From the NCBI GenBank assembly GCA_031394335.1, contig JANMXS010000336.1, forward strand, positions 1-57,499: DNA of 57,499 nucleotides, written 5' to 3'. The position numbers were made by a program, and so were the translations under genes. Origin of the DNA: Burkholderiales bacterium (lineage in GTDB: Bacteria > Pseudomonadota > Gammaproteobacteria > Burkholderiales > Usitatibacteraceae). Every line of letters starts with the position of its first letter. Position 1 is the first letter of the stretch. Under the pieces are notes generated by a model. The model saw only the letters and a list, made by a program, of their open reading frames with translations. It ran no database searches and had not been told where the DNA came from. Shown piece by piece: positions 1 to 8,004 of this stretch.

Positions 1-140
1 AGACCATTGGTCGACTGAACTGACTCGAACGTTCCATACAGACGACCGTACAACGTAACCGGGTTCGCGGTTTGCGCCATGACAACAACTGGCGCCAGTG
101 TGGCAGCAGCTACTGCAAGAGCGATCAGTTTCTTGTTCAT
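1..140 (-). CDS. Outer-membrane porin (Gram-negative porin family), 5' fragment; gene runs off the window start
   Basis: Minus-strand ATG at 140-138 preceded by AAGGAG (148-153). Translation MNKKLIALAVAAATLAPVVVMAQTANPVTLYGRLYGTFESVQSTNG is a signal peptide plus the VTLYG start typical of Burkholderiales trimeric porins. Truncated, so absent from the ORF track. Confidence 0.7.
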   Translation of the reverse strand, partial: MNKKLIALAVAAATLAPVVVMAQTANPVTLYGRLYGTFESVQSTNG

Positions 141-422
141 CAAAAATCTCCTTTGGGGGGGTTAAGTTAAAGCTTGTTATTGCTATTGAGGTATGTAACT
201 TTAAGCTGCAGATGACGGCGCAGAGGGTAAAGGCATCTCTAATTTCAAAGAGGGCAACAACACCCGAACAGCGACTTCCCCGCACAGCTGAATTTGCGAA
301 AGTCTTTTAAGAAGCCAATACCATATTAGCCAAAATTTGGATGGTTGCTCAAGCATAGCTGTACAAATTAGCTCCGCGAGAGGGTGCCTGTTGCGTTTAC
401 GCAACAACCAAGGGCCCGCCCC

Positions 423-1247
423 TCAAGCCAAAAGGCGGCTTCCAAACAACTCATCGAGGCCCAATCCGGGGTCCTTCCGACTCATCAGGGCGCCCCCAAC
501 CAAAAACGTATTTACACCGGCAGCACACATGGTGTCGACTATTTGCGGACTGCTGATACCACTTTCCGACACCACGGTTCTTTCCCGCGAAACCTTCGAC
601 TTCAGGGCGAGCGTGGTATTGATATCCGTGCTGAATTTTTTTAAGTCTCTGTTATTAATGCCGATTAGCGGGGTTTTCAGCGTCAGCGCATGATCCAGCT
701 CGACTTCAGAATGAGATTCCGCCAACACTGCCAATCCCAGCGAATTGGCAAAATCTTCCCATTCGCGGAATTTCCCGATATCAACAGCGCCGATGATGAA
801 CAATACGGCATCTGCACCCATCGCGCGCGCTTCCACGATCTGGTAAGGGTCAACGACAAAGTCCTTGCGCAACACCGGCAATCTGCAGGCTGCACGGGCC
901 GCAATCAGGTCATCCGCACTGCCCTGGAAATAATCACGATCAGTCAGCACCGACAGGCATGCGGCGCCATGCACCTCGTAGCTGGCAGCGAAACGCGCCG
1001 GCTCGAACATGGCAACTTCGCTGGCGAGACCAGCGCGAAACACGCCCGCACTGGGACTCGCCTGCTTGATTTCGGCAATGACCGCCGGTTTACCCGCTGC
1101 GTGCTTTGCTGCAATCGCGGCAAGGAAATCGCGCGCTGGAGCCGCCTCGGCGGCGCGCGCACGCAATTCCTCAATCGGTATGAGGCGTTTTGCGGCGGCC
1201 ACCTCGTCATGCTTGGTGGCCAATATTTTCTGCAAAATATCCAACAC
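423..1247 (-). CDS. trpC: Indole-3-glycerol phosphate synthase
   Basis: 274-aa ORF with IGPS-type sequence (AEIKQASPSAG, LRKDF, GINNRDL). Starts 8 nt after the trpD stop. Confidence 0.93.
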   Translation of the reverse strand: MLDILQKILATKHDEVAAAKRLIPIEELRARAAEAAPARDFLAAIAAKHAAGKPAVIAEIKQASPSAGVFRAGLASEVAMFEPARFAASYEVHGAACLSVLTDRDYFQGSADDLIAARAACRLPVLRKDFVVDPYQIVEARAMGADAVLFIIGAVDIGKFREWEDFANSLGLAVLAESHSEVELDHALTLKTPLIGINNRDLKKFSTDINTTLALKSKVSRERTVVSESGISSPQIVDTMCAAGVNTFLVGGALMSRKDPGLGLDELFGSRLLA

Positions 1248-1255
1248 GGTGCGCC

Positions 1256-2284
1256 TTAGCTTTTGATCGCGGCAGAAAATTTGACCAGTTCACTCAGCTT
1301 GTCGCGCGCCTTGCCGGATTCAATCATTTCCCGCGCCTTGGTGACGCCACCCCAAAGATCGTTCGCAAGCCCGGATACATAAATCGCTGCGCCGGCGTTA
1401 AGCATCACAATATCCTTGGCGGGCCCTGCCTGATTGTCGAGGACGGCGAGCACCATCGCCTTGGATGCCTCGCCATCCGCCGCCTTGACAAAGTCGAGCG
1501 ATGCGACATCGAGCCCGAACTGTTTGGGCTCAATTTTGTATTCAGTGACGAACCCGTGCTTCAGCTCGGCAACATAGGTGGGGCCGGAGATGGAAATTTC
1601 GTCCAACCCGTTTTCGCCGTGCACCACCATCACATGCCGCGACCCCAGCTGTTTCAGCACCCGCGCCTGAATTCCCACCAGATCGGCGTGAAAAACACCC
1701 ATCACCTGATTCGGCGCCCCGGCGGGATTGGTCAACGGCCCCAGAATATTGAGGATTGTCCGCATTCCCAGCTCCTTGCGGACGGGCGCTGCATATTTCA
1801 TCGCGGGATGATGATTGGGCGCGAACATGAAGCCGACACCAATCTGCCGGATCGAATCCGCAACCTGTGTCGGTGTCAGACTCAGATTGACCCCCAGGCC
1901 TTCAAGCACATCGGCACTGCCCGATTTTGAAGACACCGAGCGTCCGCCATGTTTGGCTACCCTGGCACCTGCTGCCGCAGCGACGAATGCCGCCGTAGTT
2001 GAAATATTGAAGGTGTGCGCCTTGTCACCACCCGTGCCACAGGTGTCCACCAGGTTGGCCATATCGCCGACGTCCACTTTGGTGGCAAATTCACGCATCA
2101 CCTGCGCTGCAGCTGCGATCTCGGACACGCTTTCCGTTTTTACATGCAAGCCCATCAAAATCGCCGAAAGTTGCACCGGCGTGACCTTGCCTTCCATCAC
2201 CTGCCGGAAAAGGTCGACCATTTCATCAAAGAAAATTTCGCGCTTGTCTGATAGCCGGTTGATCGCTTCTTGAGGGGTAAACAT
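1256..2284 (-). CDS. trpD: Anthranilate phosphoribosyltransferase
   Basis: ORF 1256-2374 trimmed to ATG 2284 ([11 protein letters not shown]...). The extra N-terminal residues are read from the MITE-like repeat. [17 protein letters not shown] motif present. Confidence 0.92.
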   Translation of the reverse strand: MFTPQEAINRLSDKREIFFDEMVDLFRQVMEGKVTPVQLSAILMGLHVKTESVSEIAAAAQVMREFATKVDVGDMANLVDTCGTGGDKAHTFNISTTAAFVAAAAGARVAKHGGRSVSSKSGSADVLEGLGVNLSLTPTQVADSIRQIGVGFMFAPNHHPAMKYAAPVRKELGMRTILNILGPLTNPAGAPNQVMGVFHADLVGIQARVLKQLGSRHVMVVHGENGLDEISISGPTYVAELKHGFVTEYKIEPKQFGLDVASLDFVKAADGEASKAMVLAVLDNQAGPAKDIVMLNAGAAIYVSGLANDLWGGVTKAREMIESGKARDKLSELVKFSAAIKS

Positions 2285-2319
2285 CTGCTTTATGCTCCGG
2301 GTTGTCGAGATGCGCGTTC

Positions 2320-2483
2320 TAAGAGCTTGTCCGTAAATAAGCGCGAATGCATGACGCCGCAATTTTTGTCTCAATCAAGGCGCGCTTTTCGCAGCAATGG
2401 CAAGCCATTGCAAGGAAACGCAACGCAGAGTGAGGCAAAAAGGGCAAGTCAGGCATCGCGTCTTATTTACGGACAAGCTCTAA
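2320..2483. mobile_element. MITE-like non-autonomous element, copy 1 (158-bp core 2323-2480 plus TAA flanks)
   Basis: Perfect 19-bp TIRs GAGCTTGTCCGTAAATAAG (2323-2341) and CTTATTTACGGACAAGCTC (2462-2480). TAA on both sides (2320-2322, 2481-2483). Central palindrome GCAATGGC-AA-GCCATTGC. Reverse-complement copy at 51579-51736 with 3 mismatches by eye. Confidence 0.8.
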
Positions 2484-3049
2484 GTCGTCATCTTCAAAAA
2501 ATTGGCGAGAAGCGCATGCCCGTGCTCGGTCATGATCGACTCTGGATGAAACTGCACACCTTCCACGGCCAGTGTTTTGTGGCGCACACCCATGATTTCT
2601 CCGTCATCAGTCCAGGCGGTGATTTCCAGGCAATCCGGACAAGTTTCCCGCTCAATCACCAAGGAGTGATAGCGCGTCGCCCGGTATGGCGATGGCAGGC
2701 CCGCAAACAGGCCAACGTTCGTATGTGTTACCTGCGAAGTTTTACCGTGCATCAAGGTTTTGGCGTGGATAATTCTGCCGCCGAACGCCTGGCCGATACT
2801 TTGATGCCCCAGGCAAACACCGAGTATCGGCAGCTTGCCCGCCAGCTTCTCGATCACCGACACCGAAACACCCGCTTCGGTCGGCGAGCAGGGACCGGGG
2901 GAAATGACGATCCGATCCGGACCCAACTGCTCGATACCGGCCACCGAAATTTCGTCGTTTCGCTTGACGACAACCTGTTCGCCCAACTCGCCAAAATACT
3001 GCACAAGATTGTAGGTAAAACTGTCGTAATTATCGATCATCAGCAACAT
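2480..3049 (-). CDS. trpG: Anthranilate synthase component II (glutamine amidotransferase)
   Basis: 189 aa, class-I GATase ([30 protein letters not shown]). The stop codon TAG (complement of 2480-2482) is formed by the last TIR base plus the TA of the repeat flank. Confidence 0.92.
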   Translation of the reverse strand: MLLMIDNYDSFTYNLVQYFGELGEQVVVKRNDEISVAGIEQLGPDRIVISPGPCSPTEAGVSVSVIEKLAGKLPILGVCLGHQSIGQAFGGRIIHAKTLMHGKTSQVTHTNVGLFAGLPSPYRATRYHSLVIERETCPDCLEITAWTDDGEIMGVRHKTLAVEGVQFHPESIMTEHGHALLANFLKMTT

Positions 3050-3069
3050 GCGCCCTCCTGGGCAACCGG

Positions 3070-4089
3070 CTATTGAGCGCGGTCAAAAAAAGACCGGAAC
3101 GCGGCGATCACCTGGTCAATCTGCAGTCGCGATACATCAAGATGCGTGACCAGACGAGTCTTCGGCCCCACCAGCACCATGATGTCGTGCTGGCGAAGAT
3201 GCTGCGCCAGCGCGGCGCATTGCTCGACCGGAACGTCCACAAACAGGATATTGGTGTCAGGCGTCGAAACCTGCAGCGCCGGAATTTCGGCCAGCGCCCT
3301 TGCCAGATAGGCAGCGTGTTCGTGGTCCTCGGCAAGACGCTCGATATTGTGCTCCAACGCGTAGAGCCCGGCTGCCGCCAGCACGCCAGCCTGGCGCATT
3401 CCGCCGCCCAGCATCTTGCGCCAGCGATGACCCACGCCGATGAAATCACGCGCGCCGCACAATACCGAACCTGCCGGCGTACCCAGCCCTTTGGATAGGC
3501 ACAGCGATACGGAATCGAAATACCGACAGATATCTTTGACATCGCGTTTTGTTTTGACGGCAGCGTTGAACACGCGGGCGCCGTCGAGATGGGTATTCAG
3601 CTTCGCACCAACTGCGAAGGCCCGCACTTCAGCCAGATAGCTTTCCGGGATCACCTTGCCGCCAATGGTGTTCTCCATCGCAATCAGGCGGGTGCGTGCG
3701 AAGTGCGCGTCATCAGGCTTGACCGCAGCACGGATCTTGGCGACAGGGATCGTTCCATCCGGCGCATTTTCCAGCGGCTGCGGTTGAATGCTGCCCAGAA
3801 CCGCCGCTCCACCGCCTTCGTATTTATAGGTGTGCGCATCCTGACCCACGATGTACTCTTCGCCACGCTGGCAGTGTGACATCAACGCCACTAGATTGCT
3901 TTGCGTCCCGGTCGGCAGGAACAGCCCGGCCTCCATGCCCGCCATTTCCGCAACGCGCGCCTGCAAGGCATTTACCGTGGGATCGTCACCGAATACATCA
4001 TCGCCCACGTCCGCGGCGGCCATCGCCGCGCGCATGCCGGCGGACGGCCTGGTGACGGTATCGCTGCGCAAATCAATCATTGCATTCAT
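3070..4089 (-). CDS. ltaE: Low-specificity L-threonine aldolase (PLP-dependent)
   Basis: 339 aa. [12 protein letters not shown]-terminus, [12 protein letters not shown]-lysine context SLCLSKGLG. Confidence 0.85.
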   Translation of the reverse strand: MNAMIDLRSDTVTRPSAGMRAAMAAADVGDDVFGDDPTVNALQARVAEMAGMEAGLFLPTGTQSNLVALMSHCQRGEEYIVGQDAHTYKYEGGGAAVLGSIQPQPLENAPDGTIPVAKIRAAVKPDDAHFARTRLIAMENTIGGKVIPESYLAEVRAFAVGAKLNTHLDGARVFNAAVKTKRDVKDICRYFDSVSLCLSKGLGTPAGSVLCGARDFIGVGHRWRKMLGGGMRQAGVLAAAGLYALEHNIERLAEDHEHAAYLARALAEIPALQVSTPDTNILFVDVPVEQCAALAQHLRQHDIMVLVGPKTRLVTHLDVSRLQIDQVIAAFRSFFDRAQ

Positions 4090-4098
4090 ATCTGTCTC

Positions 4099-5607
4099 TC
4101 AACCTGTCGAATCGATTCCCGAGGCCACCATTTCGGCGGCACGCAACAAGGCCCGGGCCTTGTTCTCGGTTTCCTGCCACTCCAGTTCGGCGACCGAATC
4201 AGCGACGATTCCAGCTGCGGCCTGCACATACAACACGCCATCCTTGACAATACCGGTACGGATTGAAATCGCCAGGTCCATATTACCGTTGAAGCCAAGA
4301 TAACCGGCTGCCCCGGCGTAGATGCCCCGCTTCGAGGGCTCCAGTTCATCAATGATTTCCATCGCACGCACCTTGGCGGTACCGGTCACGGTTCCTGCTG
4401 GAAAAGTGGCGCGCAACAGATCTATCGGCCCGACACCGTCATTGATTTCACCATCCACATTGGAGACGAGATGCATGACATGCGAATAACGTTCAACCAC
4501 GAACTGTTCGCTAACTTTCACACTGCCAACTTTGGCGACGCGACCGATATCGTTGCGGCCCAGATCAATCAACATCAAATGCTCGGCCAGCTCCTTGGGA
4601 TCGTTGCGCAATTCGGTTTCCAGCGCTTGGTCCTGCTCCGTGGTGACGCCACGTTTGCGAGTACCGGCGATCGGTCGCAGGGTAACCTTCTTGCCTTCCT
4701 GTCGCACCAGAATTTCCGGCGATGCACCAACGATATGAAACTCACCCATATCGAAATAAAACATGTACGGCGAGGGATTGATGGAACGCAGCGCGCGATA
4801 AAGATTGATCGGCGGCGCATCGAAAGCCTGCGAAATGCGCTGCGAAATCTGCACCTGCATGATGTCGCCGTCGACAATATACTGCTTGGCTTTGGCAACC
4901 GCCTTGAGGAACGCTTCCTCACCGATTTCGGATTTCGGCGTGGTCGGCGCGCCACCCGGAACATAGACCGGCAAGGGCGCCTGGCTACGCAGCCCAATGC
5001 GCAATTCGGTCAGACGTCGCCGGGCATTGACCAGGGCATCAGGCTGGGAAGGGTCGGCATACACAATTAAATGCAATTTGCCGGACAGGTTATCAACCAC
5101 GGCAAGCTCGTCCGACAACATCAACACGATGTCAGGCACACCCAGGGGATCATGCTTGGTGGCAAATTTGTCATCCAAGTGCTTGGCGAGTCTGGCCTCG
5201 ATATAACGAACCGTATCATAGGCAAAATAGCCGGCCAGACCACCTGCGAAACGCAGCGGACCGTCGATCGGCGCCGCCCTGAAGCGTAGGCGATATTTAT
5301 CGACAAAGGCAAGGGGATCCTCGACAAACTTGTGTTCGATTTTCTCGCTCGCTCCGCCGGTTTTGGCGCGGACCACGGCGACTTCCCGCCCACGAACTTC
5401 AAGCCATTCACGCGCCGGCAGACCAATGATGGAATAGCGCCCAGAGCGTTCGCCACCGATGACGGATTCGAGGAGATAGGAGTGCGGCCGGTTGGCAAGC
5501 TTGAGATAAATTGACAGCGGCGTATCAAGGTCCGCGAAGGTCTCGAGCGTTACCGGTATTCGGTTGTAGCCAAGCGCCACAAGGCGCTGGAAGTCGGATT
5601 CGGTCAT
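4099..5607 (-). CDS. trpE: Anthranilate synthase component I
   Basis: ORF 4099-5718 trimmed to ATG 5607 (MTESDFQRLVALGYNRIPV..., the usual TrpE N-terminus). Chorismate-binding C-terminal domain (GIYAGAAGYLGFNGNMDLAISIRT). Confidence 0.92.
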   Translation of the reverse strand: MTESDFQRLVALGYNRIPVTLETFADLDTPLSIYLKLANRPHSYLLESVIGGERSGRYSIIGLPAREWLEVRGREVAVVRAKTGGASEKIEHKFVEDPLAFVDKYRLRFRAAPIDGPLRFAGGLAGYFAYDTVRYIEARLAKHLDDKFATKHDPLGVPDIVLMLSDELAVVDNLSGKLHLIVYADPSQPDALVNARRRLTELRIGLRSQAPLPVYVPGGAPTTPKSEIGEEAFLKAVAKAKQYIVDGDIMQVQISQRISQAFDAPPINLYRALRSINPSPYMFYFDMGEFHIVGASPEILVRQEGKKVTLRPIAGTRKRGVTTEQDQALETELRNDPKELAEHLMLIDLGRNDIGRVAKVGSVKVSEQFVVERYSHVMHLVSNVDGEINDGVGPIDLLRATFPAGTVTGTAKVRAMEIIDELEPSKRGIYAGAAGYLGFNGNMDLAISIRTGIVKDGVLYVQAAAGIVADSVAELEWQETENKARALLRAAEMVASGIDSTG

Positions 5608-5668
5608 GATGTATTTCAGCAAATACGGTTGGACGGGTGCTGCCGGGCAAGACAGGGACGCGCAAGGA

Positions 5669-5722
5669 TCAGCGCCAGATTTGCCACCGCCACCATGAAA
5701 CCGGATTTGTAAAAACACGCAT
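5669..5722 (-). promoter_or_regulatory. Candidate trp leader peptide ORF (trpL-like), MRVFTNPVSWWRWQIWR
   Basis: Minus strand reads ATG CGT GTT TTT ACA AAT CCG GTT TCA TGG TGG CGG TGG CAA ATC TGG CGC TGA. That gives 4 Trp among the last 8 codons, with the stop 61 nt before the trpE ATG. No obvious SD and no obvious U-tract terminator. Confidence 0.55.
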
Positions 5723-5753
5723 GATCGAAGGAGAAAGGATTTGAGAGGCTTGC

Positions 5754-6620
5754 CTACACCGCTAGTTTAACGAATTTCAGGGCGACGGGGATATCATCGA
5801 TAAACGCATCGCAATCGAGACCACGCAATTCGACGCCCTCGTTATAGCCGTAGGGAACGATCAACACCGGGCTGCCGGCAGCGCGGGCAGCTTCCGCGTC
5901 GTTGCTCGAGTCCCCGATCATCAGCATCTCGCTGGTCTTGGCGCCGAAGAATGTGGCGGCATGTCTAAGCGGCAGGGGATGCGGCTTCTTCTCGGCCAGC
6001 GTGTCGCCCGACACCACAATCTCGAAGTATTCACGCAAGCCGGTCGCGACCAGCAAGGGTACGGTAAATTTTTCAGCCTTGTTGGTCACGCAACCGAGCC
6101 GGAAGCCGGCGGCCTTGAGCGCATCGAGTCCTTCAAGTACGTGCGGATACGGCTTGCTGGTAGTGGTGAAACACGCTTCGTACTGGCGCTCAAAGTTTGC
6201 CACCGCCACCTTCAGCGCAGTCGGGCCCACTTCGCCAACCGCGTCCTTCAGCGTTTTGGCGACCAGATTGGCAATGCCCTTGCCGACGAAATTGCGAATG
6301 ATGGCAGAGTCAAGCGGCGCAAAGCCCAGCGTGGCACGCATCATATTGGCCGCGGTAATGATGTCACCCACGGTATCGAGCAACGTGCCGTCGAGATCGA
6401 GCAGGACCGCCTTGACGTGAATAGGAAAAGTGAACTTGGGCTTGGCCCGGTAGCGGATTTTTTTGGTCTCTGTGACCGCTAATGGGGCATTGGCCGGAGA
6501 GCCAGCATCGACGGGCATCTCCAAGGCGCTTGCCTCAAACGCCGCGCCAGTGCTTGAGCATGAAGCATTGGCTTGTTGCGATCCATCGAGCATGGCAGAG
6601 GATGGCATAACGCCACTCAT
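5754..6620 (-). CDS. gph: Phosphoglycolate phosphatase (HAD superfamily) with a roughly 60-aa N-terminal extension
   Basis: HAD motif [12 protein letters not shown] near residue 72. C-terminal [14 protein letters not shown]. The ATG overlaps the rpe stop (ATGA at 6617-6620). Confidence 0.85.
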   Translation of the reverse strand: MSGVMPSSAMLDGSQQANASCSSTGAAFEASALEMPVDAGSPANAPLAVTETKKIRYRAKPKFTFPIHVKAVLLDLDGTLLDTVGDIITAANMMRATLGFAPLDSAIIRNFVGKGIANLVAKTLKDAVGEVGPTALKVAVANFERQYEACFTTTSKPYPHVLEGLDALKAAGFRLGCVTNKAEKFTVPLLVATGLREYFEIVVSGDTLAEKKPHPLPLRHAATFFGAKTSEMLMIGDSSNDAEAARAAGSPVLIVPYGYNEGVELRGLDCDAFIDDIPVALKFVKLAV

Positions 6621-7303
6621 GCGCCCGTCTTCGCCAACTCGGTGCGCATCGCCGCGATTTTCTGCGGGTAGTTGCCGCCGCCGAAAATGGCTGAACCGGC
6701 CACAAAGGTATCGGCGCCCGCCCTGGCGATTTCCGCGATGTTATCGGTCTTGACGCCGCCATCGACTTCCAGCCAGATCTCACGGCCTGACTGCGCAATG
6801 CGCTGCTTCGCTTCGCGTAATTTTGCCAATGCCGCCGGAATGAATTTCTGTCCGCCGAAACCCGGGTTTACCGACATGATCAGAATCAGATCGATCTTGT
6901 CCATCACGTGGTCTAGATAGGACAGCGAAGTCGCCGGATTGAAGACCAGCCCCGCTTTGCAGCCGCATTCACGAATCAGTCCCAGCGTGCGGTCAATATG
7001 CTCGGAGGCTTCCGGATGAAAGGAGATAATGTCGGCGCCCGCCTTGGCAAAGTCCGGCACGATACGATCAACCGGCTTCACCATCAGGTGCACATCGATC
7101 GGCACTTTGACGCCATCTGCGCGTTTGGCGTGCGGCCGCACTGCTTCGCACACCAGCGGGCCGATGGTCAGGTTTGGCACGTAATGGTTGTCCATGACGT
7201 CGAAATGGATGACATCGGCGCCAGCGTCGATAACATTGCGAACCTCCTCACCCAGGCGGGCGAAGTCGGCGGACAAAATAGAGGGAGCAATTCGAAAGGT
7301 CAT
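6617..7303 (-). CDS. rpe: Ribulose-phosphate 3-epimerase
   Basis: 228 aa. [20 protein letters not shown]..., [26 protein letters not shown]. Confidence 0.95.
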   Translation of the reverse strand: MTFRIAPSILSADFARLGEEVRNVIDAGADVIHFDVMDNHYVPNLTIGPLVCEAVRPHAKRADGVKVPIDVHLMVKPVDRIVPDFAKAGADIISFHPEASEHIDRTLGLIRECGCKAGLVFNPATSLSYLDHVMDKIDLILIMSVNPGFGGQKFIPAALAKLREAKQRIAQSGREIWLEVDGGVKTDNIAEIARAGADTFVAGSAIFGGGNYPQKIAAMRTELAKTGA

Positions 7304-7404
7304 GATGCATGGATTTTACGCGAACTTGCGCATGAAATTCGCATCTGACCGGGATTCCCGGACTTGGCTTTCGACCGGCCGAACGCACATGATAGGATTC
7401 CCAA

Positions 7405-7788
7405 ATGAGCGAAGCCAAAAAATACAATATCAAAGTCACTGCACAATCGTTTTTTCTGCCGGATCAATCGGATGAGGAAAACGACCAGTATGTATTCTCC
7501 TATACCATCCGCATCGAAAACGTCGGCCAGGTATCCGCGCAAGTGATCAGCCGCTACTGGCTTATCACCGACGCCGACAACCAGGTACAGGAAGTACGCG
7601 GCATGGGCGTGGTCGGCGAACAACCCATGCTCAAGCCCGGCGAGCATTTCGAGTACACCAGCGGCTCATCGATCAACACCATCGTCGGCACCATGCGTGG
7701 CACCTACCAGATGCTGGCGGAGGACGGTACCAAATTCGACGCCGTGATTCCGGAGTTCACATTGTCGGTGCCGCGCGTGCTGCATTGA
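7405..7788 (+). CDS. apaG: ApaG (DUF525) protein
   Basis: 127 aa with typical ApaG sequence (FSYTIRIENVG, RYWLITDA, GVVGEQPMLKPGE). Confidence 0.9.
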   Translation: MSEAKKYNIKVTAQSFFLPDQSDEENDQYVFSYTIRIENVGQVSAQVISRYWLITDADNQVQEVRGMGVVGEQPMLKPGEHFEYTSGSSINTIVGTMRGTYQMLAEDGTKFDAVIPEFTLSVPRVLH

Positions 7789-7819
7789 CAATTGGGCACC
7801 GAGGCCCTGAACAATGCGC

Positions 7820-7957
7820 CTATTTTTTATCGCTGGCGGCCAGCTCTTCTGCTGAACTGGCGGCTTTGTCCGGTTTTTTGCTCTTGGGCCAAGTCCACCA
7901 GACAATCAGCACGCCCATTCCGAACGCCAGAAACACCTGTAAAAATACCCAACCCAT
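7820..7957 (-). CDS. Candidate 45-aa single-pass membrane protein (unannotated small ORF)
   Basis: GGGAGG lies 5 nt upstream of ATG 7957-7955. Translation MGWVFLQVFLAFGMGVLIVWWTWPKSKKPDKAASSAEELAASDKK is one hydrophobic helix plus a charged tail. Below the 60-aa ORF-track cutoff. Confidence 0.45.
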   Translation of the reverse strand: MGWVFLQVFLAFGMGVLIVWWTWPKSKKPDKAASSAEELAASDKK

Positions 7958-8004
7958 GGGGGCCTCCCGCAATTTTTAAATTGTGCCGATTGTATACTCC
8001 GCGC

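Noticed and set aside
5608-5668. A classical Rho-independent attenuator terminator between the trp leader stop and trpE.
   Set aside because: I could not find a GC-rich hairpin followed by a U tract in these 61 nt, only short 4-5 bp stems. The terminator is therefore not claimed, and the leader-peptide observation is reported with that caveat.
7792-8004. N-terminal extensions in the ORF track: mltA 7792-8004, trpD 2285-2374, trpE 5608-5718, murU 15213-15239, lnt 29417-29521, ybeY 30803-30880, miaB 34325-34468, lolB 42438-42509, mutM 44237-44341, coaD 48215-48307, gloA 22642-22689, ftsX 50628-50666, rpoH 51861-51881.
   Set aside because: In each case an internal ATG or GTG gives the canonical family N-terminus. 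That start usually has an SD or a stop/start overlap with the upstream gene. The extra residues overlap a neighbouring gene, a repeat or non-coding sequence.
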